Source: a virus
Length of the DNA stretch: 34,201 nucleotides
Virus record (IMG/VR): IMGVR_UViG_3300047383_000085
Span: 1-34,201 of that record
Reading direction: 5' to 3' (one strand)
Part shown: positions 1 to 6,993 of the stretch, in pieces
Layout of the letters: the number at the start of each line of letters is the position of its first letter
Position numbering within the stretch: position 1 is the first letter of the stretch
The notes under the pieces: model-generated
Told to the model about the DNA's origin: nothing
The model's database searches: none
What the model saw: only the letters and a program-made list of their open reading frames with translations
Program-made: the position numbers and the translations under genes

Positions 1-127
1 ACCATAAGAGAGGAAATGTTGAAATGAGCCGATTAGGAGAAGTTGAAAGAGTAAAGAGAACCTTAAAACTGTTTGATATGATCTTGAATAAACACATAGA
101 TTCTATCAATCCAGAGGACAACTCTTT
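1..127. repeat. Terminal overlap copy 1, identical to 34075..34201
   Basis: The window starts ACCATAAGAGAGGAAATGTTGAAATGAGCC. The same string restarts at 34075 and runs to the last base. It cuts through the 3' end of CDS 33373..34101 and the 5' part of ORF 24..224. Confidence 0.95.
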
Positions 128-224
128 GCCTACTGACGGATTACATTGGCTTATTTCAATGCAGGCGGATTGTGAGGATTTAATCGAATACTTATCTGAT
201 TATGATTCTTACGATCCAGGTTAA
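24..224 (+). CDS. Hypothetical acidic 66-aa protein
   Basis: ATG overlaps the stop of the upstream ATPase gene (ATGA). It fills the gap to the next gene on the same strand. Confidence 0.6.
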   Translation: MSRLGEVERVKRTLKLFDMILNKHIDSINPEDNSLPTDGLHWLISMQADCEDLIEYLSDYDSYDPG

Positions 225-252
225 TTAATATATAGATATAAAGGGTATCAAT

Positions 253-714
253 ATGGATATAAGTAATTTTTTCGGCGATGTGGAAGTTGTCGAACAACAA
301 ACGGATATAAAAGCAGGAAGATATGATCTTGAGTATGTGAATACTAATGAAGAATTAAGATCGGGTCAGAATGGTTGGATGGGTATGCAACTTAACTTTA
401 GGATTGCGGGAACAGGATTACAAACAGGTTTTACTGTAACTGTTGCGCATGACAATCCTAAGTATGTTGGTTTTGGTATGAAAGAAATGGCAGGTCTTGC
501 AAAAGCAGCTGGCATTACTGGAACTTTAAAAGACACTAACGAGCTTAATGGTAAGACAGTTAGTTGTATGTTAAAGCTAAACGAAAACAATTACCCAGAG
601 ATCGACTCTAAGTTTGGTAGCAACTGGCAACCAGCAGAGGGTAAGAAGGTAGAGGCAAGTGCGCCGACACCTCCGAAAGTAGAAGACGATCTTGGCGACA
701 AGATCCCTTTTTAA
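253..714 (+). CDS. Single-stranded DNA-binding protein-like
   Basis: The C-terminal acidic tail ...EDDLGDKIPF resembles the bacterial SSB DDDIPF tip. An AAGGG RBS precedes the ATG. It sits between a Sak4-like ATPase and the primase-helicase, a typical recombination module. Confidence 0.6.
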   Translation: MDISNFFGDVEVVEQQTDIKAGRYDLEYVNTNEELRSGQNGWMGMQLNFRIAGTGLQTGFTVTVAHDNPKYVGFGMKEMAGLAKAAGITGTLKDTNELNGKTVSCMLKLNENNYPEIDSKFGSNWQPAEGKKVEASAPTPPKVEDDLGDKIPF

Positions 715-1078
715 TCCATTAATAAGTAAACCATCGCTGTGCGCTTTTTGTAAAGCGCCAGCGAAAGGGTTTGTATATGGTAAAGATGACACTTGGTTTG
801 GAGCTTGTAGCATGGATCACCTAGATAAAATAAAAAAAGGTGAACGACTCAAGAACATAGCGCAAATGAGCAACGAGGGCTTAGACTACGCTATTAAACA
901 AACCAAAGACACCTATCTTGAGATAGCAAAGAACACAGGTTCTTATGTGATGCACGAATGGGATAGAGAAAAAAGAGAACTGTTATTTGGTAAGGCTGTA
1001 AGAGAATATCTTAACTGGGCCAACCATCAAGCAGAAACAGGACAATTGGAGAGAACATTAAGAGATGGAACTGACTAA
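692..1078 (+). CDS. Hypothetical protein with a putative N-terminal zinc-binding motif (CAFC...CSMDH)
   Basis: The ORF is continuous from TTG at 692. The first in-frame ATG lies after the Cys motif, so the start is uncertain. The stop overlaps the primase start. Confidence 0.45.
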   Translation: MATRSLFNPLISKPSLCAFCKAPAKGFVYGKDDTWFGACSMDHLDKIKKGERLKNIAQMSNEGLDYAIKQTKDTYLEIAKNTGSYVMHEWDREKRELLFGKAVREYLNWANHQAETGQLERTLRDGTD

Positions 1079-2909
1079 ATGGTATGGAGAGAAAGGCTTA
1101 GTCATTGATGATAACTTTGCTTTTGCCAGTCAAGGCAACAGCACGGATGATTTAATACGCGAGATGAACAACCAAGGGTTGTTCGTCAATTCATTAGATT
1201 TAACAGGGCAGGTAACAAGAGTACCCGTACAATCTGCGCCTGGTGTTAGACCAGACAAAGGCAATGAGCGTAGCGGTTGGTATGTTATCAACGAGCTAGA
1301 CGGAAATTATTTTGCAACTTTTGGTAACTGGCGAACGGGTGAACAACACAAGTGGTCAAGCATTAACACCAATCAACTATCAAACATTGATAGAGTAGCG
1401 CTACAAAAAAGAATGGAGGAAGCTATTGAGCGGGCCGAAGTAGCGAAGAAAGTTAGGCATGATGAAGTAGCTAAAGAAGTAAAAGAAAGATATAAGAACT
1501 GTCAGCCCGTGATCTCGCATGAGTATCTAAATAGTAAAAATGTTAAAAGCTATGGATTGAAACAACTGAACGGAAGTTTAATTGTTCCTGTTATCTCAGC
1601 AGTAAGCGGAGAGGTGCGTAGTTTACAGTATATCGATAAGAAAGGACAGAAGCGTTTTGTGAGCGCGAGCGAAATTAAAGGTAATGTTTTTCTTATTGGG
1701 TGCGAGCCATCAACATTAGCCACACAAGAAAACTTAATCATTGTCGAAGGTTATTCAACCGCCGCGACAGTTTATGAGTCTACGAAGATACCGACAGTTT
1801 GCGTCTTTTCGGCGAACTTTACTATGGAGGCTGTTACTAATATTAGGAAGATATCTCAGGCAAGATTATATATAGCCCTAGATAACGATGAGAACGGCGT
1901 AGGAGAGAGGAAAGCTAACGAGGTAGCATCTGCTATTCCTAACTGTTTCGTGCGCGTGCCGAGCGCGAGAGGAGACTATAACGATTTAGCTAAAACTCAT
2001 GGATTAGATAGAGTTAGATTAGAAATATTGAATCAAGGTTTAGGTTTAACCAAACACCCAATTAGAAACCTAGTTAAAGAACCACCGCCTAAAACTTGGC
2101 TTGTAGAAAACCTATTGGAAAAATCAAAACCAGGCGTGCTTGCTGCGATTGGTGGGGTGGGTAAATCCATGATGGCATTAGACTTAGCCATTAAAGTATC
2201 GCAAGGCTCTGGAATGTGGTTTGATCATCCTATAGTTAGCGGTGGTAACGCAGTAGTATTGTCTGCCGAAGATGACTTGGTTGAAATCCACAGACGAATC
2301 AATGCTTTGGATAAAGGTAATAAAAGATTCGATGCACCTTATGATGTTTTTACTTATACAATTCCCGATCAACCAGAACCCTTGATTCTTATTAGAGATG
2401 ATTCAAAAGGTCTTAGAATGACTGAACAAGCTAAAGAGCTGTTAGCTGAATTAGAAACCATACCGAATTTAGAACTGGTTATTATTGATCCAATCCAAGC
2501 CATGAGTGGAGCGCCCATTAGTTCATCCAATGAAGCTGCTCAACTTTACTGTCAACTTTGCGCCTCTATCTCCTCGAGATTTGATTGTTGCGTGCTATCT
2601 ATTCATCATATGTCAAAGGCGGCTCTCCAAGCTGATGACGATCAGATGAATGTACGCCAAAAAATCAGAGGCGCAAGCTCATTAATCGATGGGACTAGGG
2701 TTGCAATAGCCTTGTGGTTAGCGAATGAGGAAGAAGCGGAGAGAATTTGTATTGATAATGGGGTGGATTATGAGCGCTTGCGCGTGGTGAAAGGCGCGGT
2801 GGTGAAAAGTAATTCATCCGAAGTCGATGTATCAATCAAGACATTGTTTAGGAAAGAGGCCGTGCTTGAGCCTTACAAAGAGAGCAGCTTTAATTTTGGA
2901 GATTTTTAA
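1065..2909 (+). CDS. Primase-helicase fusion (Toprim domain plus RepA/DnaB-like P-loop ATPase)
   Basis: Toprim-like IIVEGYSTAATV (Glu) and YIALDNDENG (DxD). Walker A GVLAAIGGVGKSMMALDLA, Walker B LVIIDPIQ and SIHHMSK, as in RepA-type (AAA_25-like) helicases. 614 aa. Confidence 0.85.
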   Translation: MELTKWYGEKGLVIDDNFAFASQGNSTDDLIREMNNQGLFVNSLDLTGQVTRVPVQSAPGVRPDKGNERSGWYVINELDGNYFATFGNWRTGEQHKWSSINTNQLSNIDRVALQKRMEEAIERAEVAKKVRHDEVAKEVKERYKNCQPVISHEYLNSKNVKSYGLKQLNGSLIVPVISAVSGEVRSLQYIDKKGQKRFVSASEIKGNVFLIGCEPSTLATQENLIIVEGYSTAATVYESTKIPTVCVFSANFTMEAVTNIRKISQARLYIALDNDENGVGERKANEVASAIPNCFVRVPSARGDYNDLAKTHGLDRVRLEILNQGLGLTKHPIRNLVKEPPPKTWLVENLLEKSKPGVLAAIGGVGKSMMALDLAIKVSQGSGMWFDHPIVSGGNAVVLSAEDDLVEIHRRINALDKGNKRFDAPYDVFTYTIPDQPEPLILIRDDSKGLRMTEQAKELLAELETIPNLELVIIDPIQAMSGAPISSSNEAAQLYCQLCASISSRFDCCVLSIHHMSKAALQADDDQMNVRQKIRGASSLIDGTRVAIALWLANEEEAERICIDNGVDYERLRVVKGAVVKSNSSEVDVSIKTLFRKEAVLEPYKESSFNFGDF

Positions 2910-2972
2910 TATGATTAATTACCCATGTGGATGGTTTGATGTAGAACAATTACCTGGAGGGTCAAGAGAAAA

Positions 2973-3146
2973 ATGAAATGTTGGCATTGTGAAACAGATT
3001 TAATATGGGGTGGCGATCACGATTTAGACGATGAAGAAGATTCAATCTTTTGTATGGTTACAAATCTATCTTGCCCTAAGTGTGGCTCTCATGTGGATGT
3101 ATATTTTCCCAAAGAAGATGAGATTAGAAGAAGTGGTGAAGTATGA
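2973..3146 (+). CDS. Small Cys4 zinc-ribbon protein (57 aa)
   Basis: Hand translation: MKCWHCETDL...LSCPKCGSHVDVYFPKEDE. ATGA overlaps at both ends. It is a paralogue of 3280..3450. Confidence 0.55.
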   Translation: MKCWHCETDLIWGGDHDLDDEEDSIFCMVTNLSCPKCGSHVDVYFPKEDEIRRSGEV

Positions 3147-3283
3147 GCGATGCAGTCAAAGGCGTGGTCTTTATTGAAGATGCGATTAATCTAAGTCAAG
3201 ATGAATTAAAAAAGAAGTTTAAAGAAGCGGTTGAGAACAATGAAATCAATCACTTTGAAATACAAACGAGAGGTGAAAAATGA
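3143..3283 (+). CDS. Hypothetical 46-aa protein
   Basis: Hand translation: MSDAVKGVVFIEDAINLSQDELKKKF... It is linked by ATGA overlaps to both zinc-ribbon ORFs. Confidence 0.4.
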   Translation: MSDAVKGVVFIEDAINLSQDELKKKFKEAVENNEINHFEIQTRGEK

Positions 3284-3450
3284 AATGTTTTAACTGTAAT
3301 GCCAATATGAAGTTGGAAAGAGAGAAAGATATCAGTCGATACAATAATTTATTTAATCTTAAATTAAGTTTTAGCTGTCCTGAGTGTGGAGCGGTAGCCA
3401 ATGCCTATCCACCCAAAGATGATAACCAAAAGGTGAGTCATGGCGGGTAA
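3280..3450 (+). CDS. Small Cys4 zinc-ribbon protein (56 aa), paralogue of 2973..3146
   Basis: Hand translation: MKCFNCNANMK...FSCPECGAVANAYPPKDDN. It has the same MKC-x2-C ... SCP-x-CG ... Y-x-PK-x-D layout as 2973..3146. Confidence 0.55.
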   Translation: MKCFNCNANMKLEREKDISRYNNLFNLKLSFSCPECGAVANAYPPKDDNQKVSHGG

Positions 3451-3574
3451 AGGTGATAAACCAAGAGATTTAGTTTACAGCCAAGAATACAGAGATAATT
3501 TTGATAAAATCTTTGGTAAGAAGAAACCAAATAAGGAGCAAAAAAATGAGACTGATTCTAAGCGAAAAAGATAA
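3440..3574 (+). CDS. Hypothetical basic 44-aa protein
   Basis: Hand translation: MAGKGDKPRDLVYSQEYRDNFDKIFGKKKPNKEQ... The start overlaps the upstream stop. It overlaps the next ORF by 29 nt, so it is uncertain. Confidence 0.35.
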   Translation: MAGKGDKPRDLVYSQEYRDNFDKIFGKKKPNKEQKNETDSKRKR

Positions 3575-3725
3575 ACATATTATTGTTACTGTACTCGGTG
3601 ATTACGCCACCGAGATAGATCGACAGGCCACCAAATCAAAAGAAGATTTAGATACTTATAGAAGAATTAGAGAGATTATTCTGCAAGTGGCTTGCGGTAA
3701 TGACAATGAGGAGAAAGAAGAATGA
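3546..3725 (+). CDS. Hypothetical 59-aa protein
   Basis: The internal ATG at 3546 is preceded by AAGGAG (3533-3538). The tracked ORF start at 3501 is a TTG without an RBS. Confidence 0.5.
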   Translation: MRLILSEKDKHIIVTVLGDYATEIDRQATKSKEDLDTYRRIREIILQVACGNDNEEKEE

Positions 3726-3805
3726 ACCATGAAATGATGATGAAATTAGCCATGATTGGCTTGTTATGTTGCCTGGTGGTATTGGTTAGCTTGTAGCATA
3801 ACGCT

Positions 3806-3868
3806 ACAACGACTATAGCAAAGGACAGCAACGATAGCACTAAATCACAGCAACGACTGCACTAAATC
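3806..3868. repeat. Iteron-like direct repeats with 22-bp register
   Basis: ACAGCAACGATAGCACTAAATC (3825-3846) and ACAGCAACGACTGCACTAAATC (3847-3868) match at 20 of 22 positions. A degenerate third copy with the core CAACGACT lies 22 bp upstream (3807-3814). Confidence 0.6.
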
Positions 3869-3882
3869 GCGACAAATATCCG

Positions 3883-3938
3883 TATACGTATTATACGTAT
3901 ATAGAGAGACAAAAACCCTTGGCGGGTTTTGTGTCTCT
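3883..3938. promoter_or_regulatory. Twin ATACGTAT palindromes plus a long imperfect hairpin; candidate origin or operator elements
   Basis: ATACGTAT occurs at 3884-3891 and 3893-3900. A hairpin at about 3905-3938 pairs GAGAC-AAAAACCC with GGGTTTT-GTGTCTC. It lies in a 173-bp non-coding gap just upstream of the winged-helix gene. Confidence 0.45.
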
Positions 3939-3969
3939 AAAAACAGAATTAGATTATTAGGAGAAGACA

Positions 3970-4416
3970 TTGAGAGACAGCATTAAAAAAGAATATTGGT
4001 GGGTGAGCGCGGGCGAGGTGGAGAACGAAAGCGAATCACCATTCATCGCCATGAAATACAATTCAATCTTTAGAGATTATTCGAAATTGCGCAAACAAGT
4101 TTGGAACTGGTATCGCACGCACGCGGGGAGAGAAGATTTATCGCCAGTAGCTAAACTTTTACTTTGGAGCGTGTGCGAGCGGTATCGTTGGCAAACCTGG
4201 AGCAGCCACGATGCCATTAGTTATTATTGCAAGATGATAGGGGTGCATCGCACTAGCGCGAGTCGTGGTATGAGTGAGTTATTAGAGAAAGAAGTTCTTT
4301 GGTGTGTGCTAGAGGGTGAGCGCAAGCGGTTAAGGAAATCGCAAGCGGGGGGTAAGAAGCATTTTTTATTGGTTGGTTTAGGTGCGCACTTGCGCGAGGT
4401 GGGGCGCGATAGCTAA
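3970..4416 (+). CDS. Winged-helix / HTH DNA-binding protein, candidate replication initiator or regulator
   Basis: TTG start preceded by AGGAGA. The segment LSPVAKLLLWSVCERY...DAISYYCKMIGVHRTSASRGMSELLEKEVL looks like a wHTH. The gene is conspicuously GC-rich (35 of 60 G+C at 4381-4440). Confidence 0.65.
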   Translation: MRDSIKKEYWWVSAGEVENESESPFIAMKYNSIFRDYSKLRKQVWNWYRTHAGREDLSPVAKLLLWSVCERYRWQTWSSHDAISYYCKMIGVHRTSASRGMSELLEKEVLWCVLEGERKRLRKSQAGGKKHFLLVGLGAHLREVGRDS

Positions 4417-4453
4417 CTTGGGGAAGGAGAGTAAAGCTATCTTAGTGCGCCCC
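4401..4453. terminator. Large inverted repeat between convergent genes, a possible bidirectional terminator
   Basis: GGGGCGC GATAGCT (4401-4414) pairs with AGCTATC ...GCGCCCC (4435-4453). It spans the stop codon of 3970..4416. There is no clear U-tract. Confidence 0.4.
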
Positions 4454-4473
4454 GTTGATTGGTTATTAACTGG

Positions 4474-4659
4474 TTAAGCTATTATATCCCCGTTTTTAAA
4501 TATTTTTGCCATTTTTAGGCCTTGCGGTGAGATTAAAAGCCAGTTGCCCTCGGTGTCTTGGTGCGAGCGGGTGCGGGAGGGGTATTCAAGATCACCGCCT
4601 AGGCTGTAAGTTTCTTTCATATGGTTAATGTATTTATATTCCGCTATTTCGTATGACAT
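4474..4659 (-). CDS. Hypothetical 61-aa protein, last gene of the leftward operon
   Basis: The ORF abuts the upstream gene with a 1-nt spacer and is on the same strand as its neighbours. Confidence 0.55.
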   Translation of the reverse strand: MSYEIAEYKYINHMKETYSLGGDLEYPSRTRSHQDTEGNWLLISPQGLKMAKIFKNGDIIA

Positions 4660-4660
4660 A

Positions 4661-4870
4661 TTACTTTCCTATTTTATAATCAATGGTATTGCCACAATAT
4701 GAAGATAATTCTTCCATTGCTCCAAGCACACTGGCTGTCTGTGTTTGTTTAAACTCAATAGGCTTTTGAACTTCAAAACCATATTTATTGCAATCTTTCA
4801 TCATTGCTTTTTTATTGGTGTATACATAAACAAGATTATATTCATGGCATTGTGCTACATAAAATTTCAT
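4661..4870 (-). CDS. Hypothetical 69-aa protein
   Basis: ATG at 4870 (MKFYVAQ...) is preceded by GGGGGA. The tracked start at 4885 is a TTG. Confidence 0.55.
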   Translation of the reverse strand: MKFYVAQCHEYNLVYVYTNKKAMMKDCNKYGFEVQKPIEFKQTQTASVLGAMEELSSYCGNTIDYKIGK

Positions 4871-4971
4871 TACATATTCCCCCAATAATTAACGATTAGC
4901 CATAGTATTAAGACTATGACTAACCATATTAAAAAACCAATACCAAAAATAAAACCAAGTATTTCAATCAT
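4870..4971 (-). CDS. 33-aa hydrophobic single-pass membrane peptide
   Basis: Hand translation of the minus strand: MIEILGFIFGIGFLIWLVIVLILWLIVNYWGNM. The stop overlaps the next ATG and the start abuts the upstream stop (TAAATG). Confidence 0.4.
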   Translation of the reverse strand: MIEILGFIFGIGFLIWLVIVLILWLIVNYWGNM

Positions 4972-5124
4972 TTAAACCTCTTGGCTTTCCATGGGTGAGA
5001 TATGCCTACATCCACAATGCGGACAATCATCGTCCACTTGGCAATCCCAATAATCTTGCCAAGCGTATTCGCATTTTGGGCATTCATAATAGTTCAGCCA
5101 AGTCATTGCTATTTGTTCATTCAT
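4972..5124 (-). CDS. Small Cys-rich zinc-ribbon protein (50 aa)
   Basis: Hand translation: MNEQIAMTWLNYYECPKCEYAWQDYWDCQVDDDCPHCGCRHISPMESQEV. It fills the gap exactly between flanking genes. Confidence 0.55.
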   Translation of the reverse strand: MNEQIAMTWLNYYECPKCEYAWQDYWDCQVDDDCPHCGCRHISPMESQEV

Positions 5125-5309
5125 TAGTGCGATTCCTGGATTATTACATTCTTTTTGCGCTTATCCTCGTAAGATTTAACAATCTTCCCGCATGGATAGG
5201 TTAAGAGCCAATAATCTTTATTAAAGTTCTTGCTCATGCTTGGGATGTTTTCCCTTTCGGTTTTAAGCAAGCGCCTAGCTTCCTCTATCATTTCTTTATG
5301 CTGTGTCAT
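5124..5309 (-). CDS. Hypothetical 61-aa protein
   Basis: ORF with overlapping start/stop junctions on both sides. Confidence 0.55.
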   Translation of the reverse strand: MTQHKEMIEEARRLLKTERENIPSMSKNFNKDYWLLTYPCGKIVKSYEDKRKKNVIIQESH

Positions 5310-5509
5310 GATTCCCCCATTGGTAAATTTAAAAGTTTATCTATTCTGTGTTCATCCAGCGATATAAAGCGCAAGATCTCCTCTTGCTGTCTGTGTGTGT
5401 AGCTGTCGAAGTCTTTTATATACTTTGCTGGATTGTCGAATAGATCGCGCAAGTATTTTATTATTTCGCGCCTAGCGAATTGCTTTGGTGTTAAGTTATT
5501 TATTTTCAT
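5306..5509 (-). CDS. Hypothetical 67-aa protein
   Basis: ATG at 5509 (MKINNLTPKQF...) is preceded by AAGGAGAG. The longer tracked ORF start lacks an RBS. Confidence 0.55.
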   Translation of the reverse strand: MKINNLTPKQFARREIIKYLRDLFDNPAKYIKDFDSYTHRQQEEILRFISLDEHRIDKLLNLPMGES

Positions 5510-5681
5510 TATTGCTCTCCTTATAATTTTTATAATACAATTTAATTTCATTCGGTCTTGAATCTGAGCATTCATCCTCGGTCATTCCACATACAGAACA
5601 AGACAAGTTATCTGCCTTAAGATGTATGTAGTTATCTTCACATTCGCAATCCCAGTATTTAGGGTCTGTTTTAACTGTCAT
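5496..5681 (-). CDS. Small Cys-rich zinc-ribbon-like protein (61 aa)
   Basis: KYWDCECEDNYIHLKADNLSCSVCG. It shares the YWDC motif with 4972..5124. Confidence 0.55.
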   Translation of the reverse strand: MTVKTDPKYWDCECEDNYIHLKADNLSCSVCGMTEDECSDSRPNEIKLYYKNYKESNNENK

Positions 5682-5899
5682 GCTCTCTCCCCCTTGGTTT
5701 TATAAGTTTTTAAAATGGTTTTGACTTTGTTTACTAAGTCTTGGTAATTTTTCGCGCTGTATCCGTTAGCCTTGAATAATTCCAAGGCTTGCGGATTGAT
5801 TAGCGGGTTGTCATTGGTGTGCGCTAAGAACCAGTTAAGAAGCTCTAATTCTTGGCGGTTAATCTTTGGCTTGTTGAAGTTGTATCTAGCTAGGCTCAT
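5678..5899 (-). CDS. Hypothetical 73-aa protein
   Basis: 4-nt overlaps with both neighbours. Confidence 0.55.
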   Translation of the reverse strand: MSLARYNFNKPKINRQELELLNWFLAHTNDNPLINPQALELFKANGYSAKNYQDLVNKVKTILKTYKTKGERA

Positions 5900-6084
5900 T
5901 GGTCTACCCCCAAATAATCGTCAATCCACTCTAAACATTCCGCTTTAGTTCCCCAGTAATCAAGGCCATCTTTTAGGCATTGCACATAATAAAAAGGCGT
6001 AAAATTATTTTTATCTAATGTTGAACCAATCCATTTTTTAGGGCTGTCAACATACAAAAGCTCAAATATGTTTTTAATAATCAT
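5896..6084 (-). CDS. Hypothetical 62-aa protein
   Basis: ORF in the operon register with a 4-nt overlap downstream. Confidence 0.55.
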   Translation of the reverse strand: MIIKNIFELLYVDSPKKWIGSTLDKNNFTPFYYVQCLKDGLDYWGTKAECLEWIDDYLGVDQ

Positions 6085-6086
6085 AG

Positions 6087-6275
6087 TTAAACCTCTTCAG
6101 CAAAATATATTTGACTATCGCCAATCAGCACGCTGTCGTTAATTTCCCATTCAATAGAATCATCATCTTTTGCTAACTCCTCGGCTTGCTCTAATGAATC
6201 CGCGTATATGTACGCTTCTTTTTGCATGGTGTATGTTTGGGTTATCCTAAACTCTTTTAATGTATCAGCGCTCAT
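6087..6275 (-). CDS. Hypothetical acidic 62-aa protein
   Basis: ATG at 6275 (MSADTLKEF...) overlaps the upstream stop (TAATG). 16 Asp/Glu against 4 Lys/Arg by direct count. Confidence 0.55.
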   Translation of the reverse strand: MSADTLKEFRITQTYTMQKEAYIYADSLEQAEELAKDDDSIEWEINDSVLIGDSQIYFAEEV

Positions 6276-6412
6276 TAGATCACCCACGATATAAGAGTTA
6301 ATAAGGATGCAAAGAAAAATATAATGATTATATTCTCGGTAATTGTCCGCGCTTGGTTCGTCCAGTGTTGCGGTTTTCTTGGCTTGTGTAATTTGTGCGC
6401 GTAGTCTTTCAT
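6275..6412 (-). CDS. 45-aa protein with a C-terminal hydrophobic segment
   Basis: Hand translation: MKDYAHKLHKPRKPQHWTNQARTITENIIIIFFFASLLTLISWVI. TAATG junctions at both ends. Confidence 0.4.
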   Translation of the reverse strand: MKDYAHKLHKPRKPQHWTNQARTITENIIIIFFFASLLTLISWVI

Positions 6413-6588
6413 TATTTCCCCCTTAATAGTTGAATGAGTTTATCGTGCAAAATGTCGATTTCTTTTGGGTTTAATTGATCGTTTATAGTCTCTTCATAGT
6501 TATCTATAGGGATACTGGTTGAAGAATAACTATTAACGCTATTGATAATATGAGTCAATAAACCTAATTCTTTTTTATTTAATTCCAT
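6412..6588 (-). CDS. Hypothetical 58-aa protein
   Basis: Hand translation: MELNKKELGLLTHIINSVNSYSSTSIPIDNYEETINDQLNPKEIDILHDKLIQLLRGK. The start abuts the upstream stop (TAAATG). Confidence 0.45.
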   Translation of the reverse strand: MELNKKELGLLTHIINSVNSYSSTSIPIDNYEETINDQLNPKEIDILHDKLIQLLRGK

Positions 6589-6915
6589 TTAGGCCACCTC
6601 TTCAAGTTTATTAACATACTCAGAAACAATCTCTTCACCTATGATGTAGGTATACATATTTACAACTCTTTCAGCATCGCTGAAATCGGTTGATACTTCG
6701 CCAAATTCAGATTTCTCATATTCTCTAATATGTTCTATAACATCAAAAACTTTATCGCCTAGCCATTGCTTAGCTTGGTAAGTGCCTATGATGTAATAAT
6801 CAGTATTGAAAGCATGGTGATGAAGATCATCCTTGTTCTCTTCTATCCATTCCGCATCTTGATCATTAATGAAATCATCAAAATATTCTTTTATCTCTTC
6901 TCTTTTATAATCCAT
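6589..6915 (-). CDS. Strongly acidic 108-aa early protein
   Basis: 29 Asp/Glu against 10 Lys/Arg by direct count. It is the second gene of the leftward operon, with an AGGAGAG RBS upstream. Confidence 0.65.
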   Translation of the reverse strand: MDYKREEIKEYFDDFINDQDAEWIEENKDDLHHHAFNTDYYIIGTYQAKQWLGDKVFDVIEHIREYEKSEFGEVSTDFSDAERVVNMYTYIIGEEIVSEYVNKLEEVA

Positions 6916-6956
6916 TTTTACTCTCCTTTAATAAATGGGTTGCTTATACCACGAAA

Positions 6957-6974
6957 GCCCCGAAAAGACGGGGC
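6957..6974 (-). terminator. GC hairpin between genes 1 and 2 of the leftward operon, a possible attenuator or terminator
   Basis: On the minus strand: GCCCCG-TCTTTT-CGGGGC followed by TTTCG. It lies in the only sizeable gap in an otherwise gapless operon. Confidence 0.45.
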
Positions 6975-6993
6975 GTTAAATCGTGGGGGGTTG

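Noticed and set aside
1-127. Treating the 127-bp repeat as a biological direct terminal repeat
   Set aside because: It interrupts two coding sequences and equals a standard assembler k-mer length, so an assembly overlap of a circular or permuted genome is more parsimonious. It cannot be excluded without reads.
2911-2976. 21-aa ORF (MINYPCGWFDVEQLPGGSREK) and the 20-aa hydrophobic ORF at 3734..3796 (MMMKLAMIGLLCCLVVLVSL)
   Set aside because: They are too short to support from sequence alone. They are in operon register and could be real micropeptides, so I note them but do not call them.
3806-3868. Possible mini CRISPR array (also considered for 20419..20778)
   Set aside because: The 22-nt units are directly abutting with no spacers. 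The 60-nt units are in-frame coding repeats. No cas genes are present.
4995-5204. Plus-strand 69-aa ORF, and likewise 6766..7062 and 32045..32257
   Set aside because: They are antisense to densely packed, translationally coupled minus-strand genes. They have no RBS and low-complexity products.
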